Below are positions 39,844 to 50,070 of a stretch of DNA of 64,000 bases, piece by piece (position 1 is the stretch's first letter; each line of letters opens with the position of its first letter). A model generated the notes under the pieces. The model worked only from the letters and a program-made list of their open reading frames with translations, had not been told where the DNA came from and did no database searches. Position numbers and translations under genes: made by a program. This DNA is from Candidatus Altimarinota bacterium. GTDB lineage: Bacteria > Patescibacteriota > Gracilibacteria > UBA1369. Location: assembly GCA_963677745.1 (NCBI GenBank), contig OY782391.1:224001-288000 (forward strand). Reading direction: 5' to 3'.

Positions 39844-41373
39844 TTATTTGGCTAAATCTTCGGCACGGGTTTCCCGCAGCAAATGCAATTTGATCTGTCC
39901 GGAAAACTGCAGATCTTTTTCAATTTTTCTGGAAACGTCATGGATTAATTTTACCGAAGCATAATCATCCACTTCTTCCGGTTTCACAAAGATACGCACC
40001 TCGCTGCCGGCCTGAACCGCATAGGAATTCCGTACGCCGGGAAAAGCATTGACCGTGTTTTCCAGTTCCTCCATGCGCTTGATGAAACTCTCCATGTTAT
40101 CCTTATTGGCACCGGGACGGGCCACGGCTATGGCGTTGGCTGCAGCGACCACCATTGCTTCGGCGGTTCGCGGCTCCACTTCGCCCTCATGGGATTCCAC
40201 ACAATGAATTACTTCTTCCGAAATATTAAATTTGCGCAAAATTTCCTTGCCCACCAAAGCGTGATGTCCCTGAATTTCATGATCGGTTGATTTTCCGATG
40301 TCATGGAGCAGGCCCGCCTTCTTGCAGATCTCCGGATCGGCTCCCACTTCGGAGGCAATGGTAGCGGCCAGAAAGGCTACTTCCATCGAATGTTTCAGAA
40401 CATTTTGACCATGGCTGGTGCGGAATTTCAGCCGGCCCAGCAATTTGATCAGATTGAGATTGAGCCCTGCCACGCCGGTTTCATAAGCGGCTTTTTCACC
40501 AAGATCCTTGATCATTACGTTGACTTCCTCCTGAGTCTTGGCCACCACTTCTTCCACGCGGGCCGGATGGATACGTCCGTCTATCAGCAGTTTCTCCAGT
40601 GAAATTTTGGCGATATAACGGCGAACCAGATCGAATCCGGAAATTACAATCGAACCCGGAGTATCATCAATAATCACGTCAATACCGGTAGCCTGTTCGA
40701 AAGCCATTACGTTGCGTCCCTCCTTGCCGATGATGCGTCCCTTCATTTCATCCGAAGGCAGAGCCACCACCGTGACGGTTGATTCGGTTGCCACTTCTGA
40801 AGCGTAACGCTGAATGGCGTCGGCTATGATCATCTTGGCTTTGTCCTTGGACTCTTTCTTTAAAACTTCCTCGGCCCGGCGGATATGCTCGGCCAGATCC
40901 TGACGCGAAGATTCTTCCACTTCTTTGATCAACTGGGCTTTGGCTTCCTCACGCGACAGACCGGCAATTTTTTCCAGTTCCAGTTTCTGTTTTTCCAGAT
41001 TAGTCTCCGCCTGTGTACGCAGTTCTTTGACCTTCTCTACTTTCTGTTCCAATTCGCTACGCAGTTGCTCCGATTTCTGAATTTTCTTTTCCAGAGAATC
41101 CTCCTTGTCCAACAACCTGGCTTCAATTTTATCCAGTTGTTGACGCTTTTTTTCCTCCTCAGCCTTGTACTGGTCCAATGTCCTCAGGGCCTCATTTCGT
41201 GCTTCCAGCAGTATTTCTTTTGACTTCTTATCCGCCTCTGCAAAAGTCCTTTCCGCCTCTTTTTTATCTGCTTCAATTTTTTCTCTTTGAGAAGCCTGTT
41301 TGATTAGATATCCGACAGCAATGCCCGCTAGACCGGCCAGCAACAAGGCAATAATTGCATATACTATTTCCAT
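39844..41373 (-). CDS. rny: Ribonuclease Y
   Basis: N-terminal TM, coiled coil, KH (MKGRIIGKEGRN), HD (GLLHDIGK). Confidence 0.95.
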   Translation of the reverse strand: MEIVYAIIALLLAGLAGIAVGYLIKQASQREKIEADKKEAERTFAEADKKSKEILLEARNEALRTLDQYKAEEEKKRQQLDKIEARLLDKEDSLEKKIQKSEQLRSELEQKVEKVKELRTQAETNLEKQKLELEKIAGLSREEAKAQLIKEVEESSRQDLAEHIRRAEEVLKKESKDKAKMIIADAIQRYASEVATESTVTVVALPSDEMKGRIIGKEGRNVMAFEQATGIDVIIDDTPGSIVISGFDLVRRYIAKISLEKLLIDGRIHPARVEEVVAKTQEEVNVMIKDLGEKAAYETGVAGLNLNLIKLLGRLKFRTSHGQNVLKHSMEVAFLAATIASEVGADPEICKKAGLLHDIGKSTDHEIQGHHALVGKEILRKFNISEEVIHCVESHEGEVEPRTAEAMVVAAANAIAVARPGANKDNMESFIKRMEELENTVNAFPGVRNSYAVQAGSEVRIFVKPEEVDDYASVKLIHDVSRKIEKDLQFSGQIKLHLLRETRAEDLAK

Positions 41374-41514
41374 TGCCTTATTGATTATTTTATTTTGACC
41401 AATTTATCAAAGCATAGAAAAGCCGGCACTGTCAAAATTTAGCTGTTTTTTAGCATCGGTTAATACCGTCCGCTTATACTTGCAGCAAAGCTTTTACTGA
41501 TTTTAAAAAGCAAA

Positions 41515-43032
41515 ATGAGAAAGCCTGTCACAATACTAATAATAATTATCGTCAACACGGTTTTTCCAGCCGGCCAATTAGTCCGGTCGCTCGACCTTAC
41601 TACCGACCATGTTTCCACTGCTGAAAACAGTTTGGTTTTACAAGAGGGAACAATCATTTCTTTGCTGGAAATTGGCTTTAAAAACTCCCCGGACTACCTG
41701 CAATTCCGGGTCAGCGGTCCGCAAAAAAATATCAATCTGAAAGGACTGGCTTTTTATGACGACCGGGATTTTAAAACCATCGAAAAAGATTACTTTGTAA
41801 ACAGCGGGGATATTGTCACCCTTAATTTTGATTCGTCCCTACCGGATGACCCCGACCAGCATGTTCTTTATGCCCTGCAAAAAGGTCTCACCGGCACCAC
41901 CGAGCAAATTCTGATCCGCAGCGGCGGTCAAAACCTGGATTTTTTATGCTGGTACAAAGAGCCTCCAACGGCAGCGGAAATTAAGGACTTTGAAAAAATC
42001 CGCCCGCCGGACCTGTGGGAAGATGAAGACATCGGCAGCTGCCTGGACAGCACAACGGTAAAAAACGGCCAGATACTGGAAAAAGCGGGAGGAGAACAAA
42101 ACAGCTCCTCCTGGCAGATCCGTTCCGAGCAACCTATTGCCAAAACCACTGACGACCCAAAAACCACAGATGAAAAATCCCCCGCTGCCGACAGTCAAAA
42201 AAATCTGGCCACCCTGATTGAAAATTCAGGGGAACTGACTGACGACATTCCTGTTCAAATTACAGAAATATTTCCGCTTCCAGCCTCCAAACAGGAATAT
42301 GAATGGGTGGAAATCCAAAACACAGGTGACTTCACTCTGAATCTAACCGGCTGGATTATCGATGACGAAGCCGGAGGCAGCAAACCGCACCGCCTCCCCC
42401 AAACAATCCTGGAACCGGCCACCCCGGTACTGCTGAATCTGAAAGAACTGAAAATCACACTCAATAACGATGCCGACAGCGTCCGTTTGTTCCGGGCGGA
42501 CGGCGGGCTGGTCGCCGAACAAAGTTACAGCGGAGGCAAAAAGGGACAGTCTTACGCCCTGATTTCGCTTGATGAGGAAGACAATTGGGCGTGGAGCGAC
42601 CAGCCCACACCCGGTCAGCCCAATCCCAGGCTGACCGGGGTCAACGGAACCATCATCAGTCCCCCTCAATTCGATGAACTCTACCATTTTGCGCTGCGGG
42701 ATGATCAGGACGTTTTATATCTGGTGCAATTCACCGAAGACCGGATCAAAGCCCCCCTGGCCAAAGAGATTTTTCTACCCGACTCCCGGGGCCTTTTTAC
42801 CGGCGAAGTATTGCCCGCCCCGCAAAACCCGGGGGGCTACCAAAAAATTCTTAAACTTTATAACTACGAAATAACCGGACAACCGGAAAACTTTCTCTAT
42901 TCGCCCGTCCTGATTATTTTTGCTATAATAATCGCGCTGATTATCGCAGCCATTTATTTATTTTACCGCCAGATCCGGAAATGGAAACACTTTCCCTCGG
43001 CAATCTCGCCATCACCTTCCTGGCCGGCATAA
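41515..43032 (+). CDS. Lamin-tail-domain surface protein with C-terminal TM
   Basis: ITEIFP.P...EWVEI.N.....L.GW.I.D, L.N..D.V.L, PTPG.PN. Confidence 0.75.
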   Translation: MRKPVTILIIIIVNTVFPAGQLVRSLDLTTDHVSTAENSLVLQEGTIISLLEIGFKNSPDYLQFRVSGPQKNINLKGLAFYDDRDFKTIEKDYFVNSGDIVTLNFDSSLPDDPDQHVLYALQKGLTGTTEQILIRSGGQNLDFLCWYKEPPTAAEIKDFEKIRPPDLWEDEDIGSCLDSTTVKNGQILEKAGGEQNSSSWQIRSEQPIAKTTDDPKTTDEKSPAADSQKNLATLIENSGELTDDIPVQITEIFPLPASKQEYEWVEIQNTGDFTLNLTGWIIDDEAGGSKPHRLPQTILEPATPVLLNLKELKITLNNDADSVRLFRADGGLVAEQSYSGGKKGQSYALISLDEEDNWAWSDQPTPGQPNPRLTGVNGTIISPPQFDELYHFALRDDQDVLYLVQFTEDRIKAPLAKEIFLPDSRGLFTGEVLPAPQNPGGYQKILKLYNYEITGQPENFLYSPVLIIFAIIIALIIAAIYLFYRQIRKWKHFPSAISPSPSWPA

Positions 43033-43724
43033 TGTCCGTACTCTCCCCCTGCATCATTCCCCTCCTGCCCGGTTTTGTCGCCTATTTTGCAGGTCTGGGT
43101 CTGGATGAGGCCAAGACCAAAAAGCACCGCAAAAAAATGCTCATTTCCAGTCTGTTTTTCAGCCTGGGCTTCACGCTGGTCTTTCTGGGCTTCGGACTGA
43201 TCGCCGGAGGTTTAAGTCTGCTTTTGATTCAAAATCAGATCATTCTGCAGCAACTGGGTGGCATCATTCTGATTGTCTTCGGCGTGCTGCAAACCGGACT
43301 GATCAAGTTTAACCTTTCCCAGAAACATTACCGTCTGGATCATCAAAAAATTAAACTGCCCCTCAACGAATATGGCAGATCCGTTCTGATCGGCATGATT
43401 TTTGCCTTCAGCTGGACTCCCTGTTACGGACCGATTATCGGCGGTATCTTTACGCTGGGAGCTTCCTCCCACACCATGGGTGCCGGACTATTGTTGTTTT
43501 TCATCTACAGTCTGGGGTTCACCCTGCCTATTATACTGCTTTCATTGCTGATGGACCGTTTTTCCGTCTTCCTGGCCCGCCACCGCCGCTTTTTCCGTTT
43601 CGGAAACTGGCTGGCCGGAATACTGCTGATTGTGATCGGCTTTCTGATGTTCACCAACAATCTTTCCAGCATTGTCAATTGGCTGGACTTCATTTACACT
43701 CAAAACAAATTAAATTTTTTCTAA
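42981..43724 (+). CDS. ccdA: CcdA/DsbD-type thiol:disulfide transporter
   Basis: AG..S.LSPC..PL.P, F.WTPC.GPI. Confidence 0.9.
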   Translation: METLSLGNLAITFLAGIMSVLSPCIIPLLPGFVAYFAGLGLDEAKTKKHRKKMLISSLFFSLGFTLVFLGFGLIAGGLSLLLIQNQIILQQLGGIILIVFGVLQTGLIKFNLSQKHYRLDHQKIKLPLNEYGRSVLIGMIFAFSWTPCYGPIIGGIFTLGASSHTMGAGLLLFFIYSLGFTLPIILLSLLMDRFSVFLARHRRFFRFGNWLAGILLIVIGFLMFTNNLSSIVNWLDFIYTQNKLNFF

Positions 43725-43733
43725 AAACAAATA

Positions 43734-44372
43734 ATGTCCAACAACCAGCTGTTTAAATTTCTAAGTGTCTTTTTATTGGGAATGATCCTGGGCTATCTGA
43801 TCCGGGGTTTCAATTTCAGCCCCCAGGCTGTTTCGCAAATTACCGAGAACGGTTCCGTCAAAGCAATCGGAAATGAAAATGCTCCCGTCACCATCACCGA
43901 ATACAGTGATTTCCAGTGTCCGCTCTGCAAAAAATATTTTGACGACACCTATTCCCAAATTATCCGGGATTATGTTCAGACCGGAAAAGTGAAATATGTG
44001 TTCAAACATTTCCCCCTGAATATTCATCCGCAGGCAATCCCCGCAGCACTGTCCGCCGAATGCGCTCTGGAACAGAATAAATTCTGGGAAATGCATAATC
44101 TTCTTTTCCAAACCCAGAACGACTGGTCCGGCAAAAGCGACCATCTGGACACCTTCAAAAGACTGGCTGCCCAGCTGAATCTGAACACCGAACAATTCAA
44201 TCAGTGCCTGGACTCCAAAAAACACCAGGGAAACGTCGATAAAGATTATCAGGAAGGCCTATCCGGCTCAATCCGGGGAACGCCCACATTCTATATCAAT
44301 GACCAGATTCTGGTCGGAGCACAGGAAACATCCAAATTCACTGACGCACTGGACAGCCTGCTCAACAAATAA
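43734..44372 (+). CDS. DsbA-family thioredoxin
   Basis: EYSDFQCPLC, HFPL..H, GTPTF.IN. Confidence 0.9.
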   Translation: MSNNQLFKFLSVFLLGMILGYLIRGFNFSPQAVSQITENGSVKAIGNENAPVTITEYSDFQCPLCKKYFDDTYSQIIRDYVQTGKVKYVFKHFPLNIHPQAIPAALSAECALEQNKFWEMHNLLFQTQNDWSGKSDHLDTFKRLAAQLNLNTEQFNQCLDSKKHQGNVDKDYQEGLSGSIRGTPTFYINDQILVGAQETSKFTDALDSLLNK

Positions 44373-44380
44373 AAGTCTGA

Positions 44381-45172
44381 TCAGGTCTGCAATAAAACTC
44401 TGTAGATAATCTGCGCTACGTCCCCCCTCAAAGCCGGGGCGTCGGGCTTATATAATTCCAGATTGGGATTATCATCAATCAGCTTCCTGGACAGCGCCGT
44501 ATTCACATAGGGATAATACCAGGCATCTTTATCCAGATCCTCAAACATATTCAGTACAGGAGTGGTGGAATCGGGAGTTATTTCAAAAGCTGACATGATT
44601 ATTTTCAAAGCTTCCGATTTGGTCAGGGATTCATCGGGATGAAATGACCCGTCCGTGTAACCGTTTACCCAGCCCTTTTCTTTGGCCATACAGACCGAAG
44701 GTGCAAACCATTGATTATTAACATCCTTAAAGCAGGAATTAAAATTGAGAGCCAAAGGATAAAGTTTTTTTGCGCCAACCAGAGTCTTGACCAGTTCAGC
44801 ACGTTTCAATTCCTGATAGGGCCGGAATGAATTGTCTTCAAAACCGCTGATTACGCCCATCTTTTTCAGATAGGCCAGGGAATCGAAATATTTGGAATCG
44901 GCCTTCACATCATCAAACAAGGGTTCCTCTGCCACCGGCTTCAGTTCTTCCTGCTGATTGAATACCAGCAAGGCTGATTTCACCGCATCCATAGTCTTGG
45001 GCATACCGACTACCGCCACAATCACCAGGATTGCCGAAAAGACCAGTGCGATCGGGAAAAAAGCAAAGATTTTGGTAAATGGATGTGTATCGGACTTTCC
45101 TTCGTTTACCTCATACTCCTGCTCAGCAGTCCAATTCAGCTTCTTTTTGTTGAATAGTTCTCTTAGTTTCAA
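44381..45172 (-). CDS. SLH-domain membrane protein
   Basis: TM followed by GFEDNSFRP...RAE and GYTDGSF.P repeats. Start uncertain. Confidence 0.8.
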   Translation of the reverse strand: MKLRELFNKKKLNWTAEQEYEVNEGKSDTHPFTKIFAFFPIALVFSAILVIVAVVGMPKTMDAVKSALLVFNQQEELKPVAEEPLFDDVKADSKYFDSLAYLKKMGVISGFEDNSFRPYQELKRAELVKTLVGAKKLYPLALNFNSCFKDVNNQWFAPSVCMAKEKGWVNGYTDGSFHPDESLTKSEALKIIMSAFEITPDSTTPVLNMFEDLDKDAWYYPYVNTALSRKLIDDNPNLELYKPDAPALRGDVAQIIYRVLLQT

Positions 45173-45248
45173 GGCTTATTGGGCAGTTATTGACTAATCA
45201 CGCTAGTATAACATACCAGCATTATTTGTCAATATAGCATGCCACCTT

Positions 45249-46409
45249 TTACTCCTTGTTCTTAACGACAAATTTCGGCTCATTTAAGGCCATATCCGTC
45301 TCATTACCCAGCTTGTCCGCATATTCCACTTCATAAACATGCAACAGGGTCATCAATAACACAAAAATCATGGGGCCATAAACGATTCCAATCAGCCCGA
45401 AAAGCAGGATTCCGCCAAAAACGGTCACAAAAGTGATCAAAGGATTGATCTTGGCTGTAGCTCCAATAAAAATCACCCTTAAAACGTTATCAACCGTACT
45501 GATGAGGGTAAATCCCCAAACCAGAACGAAAAGCCCCCAGATATTACCGCTGATAAGCATAATTATGCCCATCGGCAACCATATTATCGATGTCCCCACG
45601 GTGGGAACCAGTGAAAACAGTGAAACTGCCGTCCCCCAGAAAAAGGCGCTGGGTACTCCGGCTATGGAAAAACCGATCCAGGCCACCATTCCCTGTGCAA
45701 CCGCAGTTAAAAAGGTACCAAATATGGTGGCTTTGCTGATTTCGGAAAACTTTTGCACCAGCAATTTTTCATGCCTGAGGGGAATGGGACTGACCAATAG
45801 GATTTTTCGGAGCAGGTAGCGGCCGTCCTTATAAATAAAATAAAGAGTAAAGAACATCAGCAGCAGATTGAAAATCGAAACCCCCAGATCGGTCAGGAGC
45901 TTGGCGCTCTGTTTGGCGGCAAAAGTACTGACAAACTTGGCCGATTCGGTCAGGGCAGTGCGCAGACTCTCCATATTTTGCTGCACCAGAGCAGCCAGTT
46001 GTCCGCTATAGGAACCGGAAATATCATAAAAGAAATTCCCCTTCTGCCACTTCAAAATTTCGTTGTAATCAACATTCTGCAGATAAATATTGACGGTATT
46101 GTACAATTCCATTGCCTGCCCGATCAAAATCAGCACAAACAACAACAGCGGTATCACTATCACAAATACCACCAGCAAACAGGTCAGAGCCGAAGCCAGG
46201 CGTTTTTTGCCGTTTAACCAGACCTCGAATTTGGCATAAATCGGGAAAGTTATGGTCGCAACAATCACCGAAAAAATCAAAACATCCAGAAAAGGGCCGA
46301 TTACATCCAATAGCCTCAGTGCCAGCCAGATAATTGCCGCAAACAGAAAATAAGCCGGCAACTTTTCCAGAACCAGCGAATCTCCCGAAAATAAAGCGCG
46401 CTTTTTCAT
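45249..46409 (-). CDS. AI-2E family transporter
   Basis: Multi-TM; P.VGT..IW.P, DN.LR, GG...FG..G...GP. Confidence 0.88.
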   Translation of the reverse strand: MKKRALFSGDSLVLEKLPAYFLFAAIIWLALRLLDVIGPFLDVLIFSVIVATITFPIYAKFEVWLNGKKRLASALTCLLVVFVIVIPLLLFVLILIGQAMELYNTVNIYLQNVDYNEILKWQKGNFFYDISGSYSGQLAALVQQNMESLRTALTESAKFVSTFAAKQSAKLLTDLGVSIFNLLLMFFTLYFIYKDGRYLLRKILLVSPIPLRHEKLLVQKFSEISKATIFGTFLTAVAQGMVAWIGFSIAGVPSAFFWGTAVSLFSLVPTVGTSIIWLPMGIIMLISGNIWGLFVLVWGFTLISTVDNVLRVIFIGATAKINPLITFVTVFGGILLFGLIGIVYGPMIFVLLMTLLHVYEVEYADKLGNETDMALNEPKFVVKNKE

Positions 46410-46495
46410 TTTTATTGAGATATTTATATTTTACCTGGGCAGTATAAACGGAGGCCGTCAAAAAGTGAAGAAAATGCCTGGACCCGATATTATGT

Positions 46496-47251
46496 TCAGG
46501 CAACCGGGGCACTGAACAACAAACCGATAAAATAACCAAAAAGCGCCGACAGAATACCTATCAGCACAATCTGCAGACCGCCCCTGTACCATTTTCCGAT
46601 GGTCAGACGGGCCTTGACCGCGCCCAGAACAAAGAGCGCCAAAGCCGAAACTCCAACGGATATGTAAGCCGCCCAACTGACCGCCCCGGCAAAATCAATT
46701 TTACCGGTATAAAACACAGCAAAAGGAATCAGGGGAATCAGGGCTCCAAACAGAGAGGCCAGGCCGATCAGGACAGCGGCCTTATAAGGTTTTTTACTGT
46801 CCACCGGCGACAATGCCAGCTCCTCCCGCATCATGGTATCCAGCCAAAGCTTACGGTCGGAAGTGATGGCTTGGACCAATTGGTCGAGCAGTTTCCCCTT
46901 AAATCCTTTTTTTTGGTAAATTTCACGAATTTCACATATTTCCACCTCCGGCATATGGTCAATTTCATATTTTTCCTGTTTGAGAGCACTTATATAGAAA
47001 TCTCTCTCGGCCAGATTGCTGGTGTAACCTACCGCAGCCATGGAAACGGCTTCAGCCACTGCTCCCGCCAGCGCGCCACCCATAATGATGCGAAAATCCT
47101 GACTGGCAGCGGCAATTCCCAAAATCACGCCCAGTGTATTCACCAGTCCGTCCTGTCCACCCAATATGACATCACTCAACCTCTCCCCGGTATTTTTATG
47201 ATTATGTTCGCCCTTGTGGCTGGCACAACTTTTCGAAGCTGTTTTGTTCAT
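46496..47251 (-). CDS. VIT1/CCC1 family Fe/Mn transporter
   Basis: D.ILGG.DGLV, A.SMA..Y, MMREEL. Confidence 0.9.
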   Translation of the reverse strand: MNKTASKSCASHKGEHNHKNTGERLSDVILGGQDGLVNTLGVILGIAAASQDFRIIMGGALAGAVAEAVSMAAVGYTSNLAERDFYISALKQEKYEIDHMPEVEICEIREIYQKKGFKGKLLDQLVQAITSDRKLWLDTMMREELALSPVDSKKPYKAAVLIGLASLFGALIPLIPFAVFYTGKIDFAGAVSWAAYISVGVSALALFVLGAVKARLTIGKWYRGGLQIVLIGILSALFGYFIGLLFSAPVA

Positions 47252-47266
47252 TAAAATTTTTATTTC

Positions 47267-47343
47267 TGGTGTACCCGGCGCGGTTCGAACGCGCGACCTC
47301 AGCCTCCGGAGGGCTGCGCTCTATCCAGCTGAGCTACGGGTAC
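47267..47343 (-). tRNA. tRNA-Arg(CCG)
   Basis: GTACCCG acceptor, anticodon arm CAGCC-CTCCGGA-GGCTG, TTCGAAC, encoded CCA. Confidence 0.95.
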
Positions 47344-47411
47344 GCATGTCTTTTTTACACTTTTTGGAAGATTAACTCAAGAATTCCGTATTAAGCGTCT
47401 GACCTAAGTCG

Positions 47412-47900
47412 TTAGATTTTCGGGTCTGATAAAAAATGTTCCAAATTATAGTCCAACGGCAGCAGATATTCCAATTTGATTTTCCCTATTTGTCCTCTCA
47501 CACCTGCCATTATCACGAAAGCTTCCCGCCCTGATTTGCCTAATTCCAGCAAATCCTGCCGGCAAGGTCCACAGGGAACCATTATTCTTTCCGTCTGAGC
47601 TCCTTTCAACCCGCCAACTACGGTTACCCTTTTTAATCCTGAACTTAATCCAGCGTTGGAGATGCGTCCAATGGCATTCTTCTCGGCATGCCAGCCTGTC
47701 GAGGCTTTTCTCTCGAAATTCCAGCCGTCACTGCACTCCCCGTTATACATCCGTAAACAGGCTCCCACCATCAAACCTGACAAAGGAGCTGAAGCCAATT
47801 TTCTGGCTTCTTCGGCCAGCATTAAATCTTCCTGTTCCTGCAGAGTCAGCTCATTCCGATCCATTAAGTCCCAGGAGTATTCAGCCGTGACGTGTCTCAT
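47412..47900 (-). CDS. Cytidine deaminase-like protein
   Basis: VGA, G.N.E, HAE, PCGPCRQ. Confidence 0.8.
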   Translation of the reverse strand: MRHVTAEYSWDLMDRNELTLQEQEDLMLAEEARKLASAPLSGLMVGACLRMYNGECSDGWNFERKASTGWHAEKNAIGRISNAGLSSGLKRVTVVGGLKGAQTERIMVPCGPCRQDLLELGKSGREAFVIMAGVRGQIGKIKLEYLLPLDYNLEHFLSDPKI

Positions 47901-47992
47901 AGAACGAATTGTAATTATGTAAAGGTTGTAATCTTACTAAAAACCGGCTGCGGAATCAAGAATATCAATTGGCTTGCATTTTCCGGCGGGAT

Positions 47993-48024
47993 GTAATATA
48001 TTTCTTACGTAATATATTTCTTAC
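47993..48024. promoter_or_regulatory. Tandem 16-bp operator-like repeat (GTAATATATTTCTTAC x2)
   Basis: Exact direct repeat; each unit has GTAA/TTAC inverted ends; lies upstream of the membrane protein-XRE pair. Confidence 0.6.
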
Positions 48025-48046
48025 ATTATTACATAACATCACCACT

Positions 48047-48475
48047 ATGATCGGCAAAGCAAAATGGTTCAAAAGACGCAAATACGGAGGATGGGGGCTT
48101 TCCCCGAAGACCTGGCAGGGCTGGGCCTACCTGGCCGTATTGATCGGTCTGTGCGCAATTATTCAGTTTTTCCCGGTTGGAGACGCCCAACAGAAAACCA
48201 TCGCCATCCTGGTACTGGTATTTCTGGTGATTCTGGACGTGATCGACATTATGATTCATCTGCCGATGGACGAACGTGACCGTCTGCACGAAGCTGCCGC
48301 CGAAAGAAACGCCCTCTGGGTGATGTTGAGCGTACTGGTGGCCGGAGTGGGATATCAGGCCGCCACCAGTCTCTCCAGTGAAGGTCCGCAAATCGACCCC
48401 GTCATCATTATCGCCATTCTGGCGGCAGTGATTGCCAAAGCCATCACCAATATCTATTTAGACCGTAAAAACTAA
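48047..48475 (+). CDS. DUF2178-like membrane protein
   Basis: WF.R.KYGGWG..P.TWQGW, DER motif, four TMs. Confidence 0.7.
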   Translation: MIGKAKWFKRRKYGGWGLSPKTWQGWAYLAVLIGLCAIIQFFPVGDAQQKTIAILVLVFLVILDVIDIMIHLPMDERDRLHEAAAERNALWVMLSVLVAGVGYQAATSLSSEGPQIDPVIIIAILAAVIAKAITNIYLDRKN

Positions 48476-48666
48476 TGAAAAACCGCATAGCACAACTCAG
48501 AAAAGAAATCGGTCTGACCCAGGAACAACTGGCTGAAGAAATCGGAGCGACCCGCCAGACCGTGATTGCCCTGGAACAAAACCGCTACAATCCCTCACTG
48601 GGCCTGGCCCACGGCATCACCAAAGCCCTCAAACAGCAAAGAATTGAGGATGTGTTTCAGCTATAA
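48475..48666 (+). CDS. XRE-family HTH regulator
   Basis: N.I..LR....TQ.QLA...G.TRQT..ALE..RYNPSL.LA. Confidence 0.9.
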   Translation: MKNRIAQLRKEIGLTQEQLAEEIGATRQTVIALEQNRYNPSLGLAHGITKALKQQRIEDVFQL

Positions 48667-48731
48667 AATTTTCCCGGGTTACTCCGGCCCTTTAATGTGG
48701 CTGATTGCCAATTTAAGACAAACAAGTCATT

Positions 48732-49247
48732 ATGAAGCTGCCTTATCCGGATAATTATTTAAATATGACCAAAGCCCAACATCAGCCCGAATGCTGCCCC
48801 AAGTTTGATCCGGCCCCCTGGGACGAAAAACATCACGAATGGCATGGTAAAAAATTCATCGAAGACAAAGTATTCACGCTGTTCTACATGCCCATCAATT
48901 TCGGCCAAGTCATGACCCGGATGATGAAAAAGGTGGATGCAGCCGGCGCCCGGACCCCCGAGTATCTGTGCCTGTCCGAACACACTTCCCCCTGGAATAT
49001 GGACATTTTTCTGGCCGTGGACAAAGACATACCCCATACCAAACATGCCACGATCAGCGGCAAGTTCATCAGCAAAGTCTATGAAGGACAGTTCAAGGAC
49101 ACCGGCAAATGGATGAAGGACTTCGATCAATACGTCAAAAACAAAAAGCTGGAACTGAAGAAAATGTACATGTGGTACACCACCTGCCCCAAATGTGCCA
49201 AAAAATACGGCAAAAACTATGTGGTAATCCTGGGAGAAATCAAATAA
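48732..49247 (+). CDS. Conserved hypothetical protein (GyrI-like fold suspected)
   Basis: CCP.F.P..WD, F.SKVYEG.F, YTTCPKCAKKYGKNYVV. Start may be later (MTKAQ). Confidence 0.7.
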   Translation: MKLPYPDNYLNMTKAQHQPECCPKFDPAPWDEKHHEWHGKKFIEDKVFTLFYMPINFGQVMTRMMKKVDAAGARTPEYLCLSEHTSPWNMDIFLAVDKDIPHTKHATISGKFISKVYEGQFKDTGKWMKDFDQYVKNKKLELKKMYMWYTTCPKCAKKYGKNYVVILGEIK

Positions 49248-49260
49248 TTAACCTAATCAT

Positions 49261-49491
49261 ATGAACAATCCCCCTCTCTGGTTTTATTCAATCGCTCCTT
49301 TCTTTCCCCTGTTGATTCTGTGGAGTATTTTTTGGAAAGGCCTGGCCCTCTGGCACTCAGCCCGCCGCGGACAGCCCTGGTGGTTCGTCATTCTGATGGT
49401 TGTAAACACCGTCGGCATCCTGGAAATCGTCTACCTGTTTGCCGTCGCCAAGCTGAAAAGCTCAGAGCTGTTCAGTAAGAAGAAATCCTGA
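49261..49491 (+). CDS. DUF5652-like small membrane protein
   Basis: WS..WKG.ALW.SAR..Q..WF.....NT.GILEI.Y. Confidence 0.75.
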   Translation: MNNPPLWFYSIAPFFPLLILWSIFWKGLALWHSARRGQPWWFVILMVVNTVGILEIVYLFAVAKLKSSELFSKKKS

Positions 49492-49528
49492 AACCGCCCA
49501 ACATATTTGAATTACCTGTTACACCGAC

Positions 49529-49557
49529 TTGACTCTTGAGCCGATACGTGTTTTAAT
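49529..49557 (+). promoter_or_regulatory. Sigma70-type promoter
   Basis: TTGACT-N17-TTTAAT with extended TGn. Confidence 0.6.
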
Positions 49558-49665
49558 TACCCATCCTGTACCCGGTAGTTTGTCTGACCACAGCGATGTA
49601 GTCACAGCTCCGTGCAGGTGTTCGTTGGTAGCAAGGTCACACAACCCAATGGGAGTATAGGCGCT

Positions 49666-49878
49666 ATGAAAAAAAACGCGAAGTATGCATTGATGTATGC
49701 CAAGGACCTCAGCATCCCCCCGAATGCGGAACAGAAAAACACCGAGATCGTGGAGTTCCGTACGTTGATCGGCCTGCTGTGGTTCCTTGTCTGGAACAAG
49801 GTCGCCCGGAGGGCCCTGAGTGCCGGACGGGTCCTGCCGATCAGGATCAAGAAAGATTCCCCGGCCAAGGAGGTGTGA
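49666..49878 (+). CDS. Possible 70-aa protein (or part of a structured RNA)
   Basis: GGGAG upstream of the ATG; short hydrophobic stretch. Confidence 0.4.
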   Translation: MKKNAKYALMYAKDLSIPPNAEQKNTEIVEFRTLIGLLWFLVWNKVARRALSAGRVLPIRIKKDSPAKEV

Positions 49879-50070
49879 CAGTATGCCGTCCGAAAGGACA
49901 ACAACGAAGCATCGTCAGGGCGGCGGTTCACAAAACCGCCGCCCGAAAGCTTCCATAAACCCCCGAAAACCAGTAATAACACCCCTGCCGAAAGTGTGGA
50001 CTTTTTGGCTGTTTTTTTGATAGAATAACCAATCATTCCAACTCACCTTTAAACCATTTAACAAAAACCT

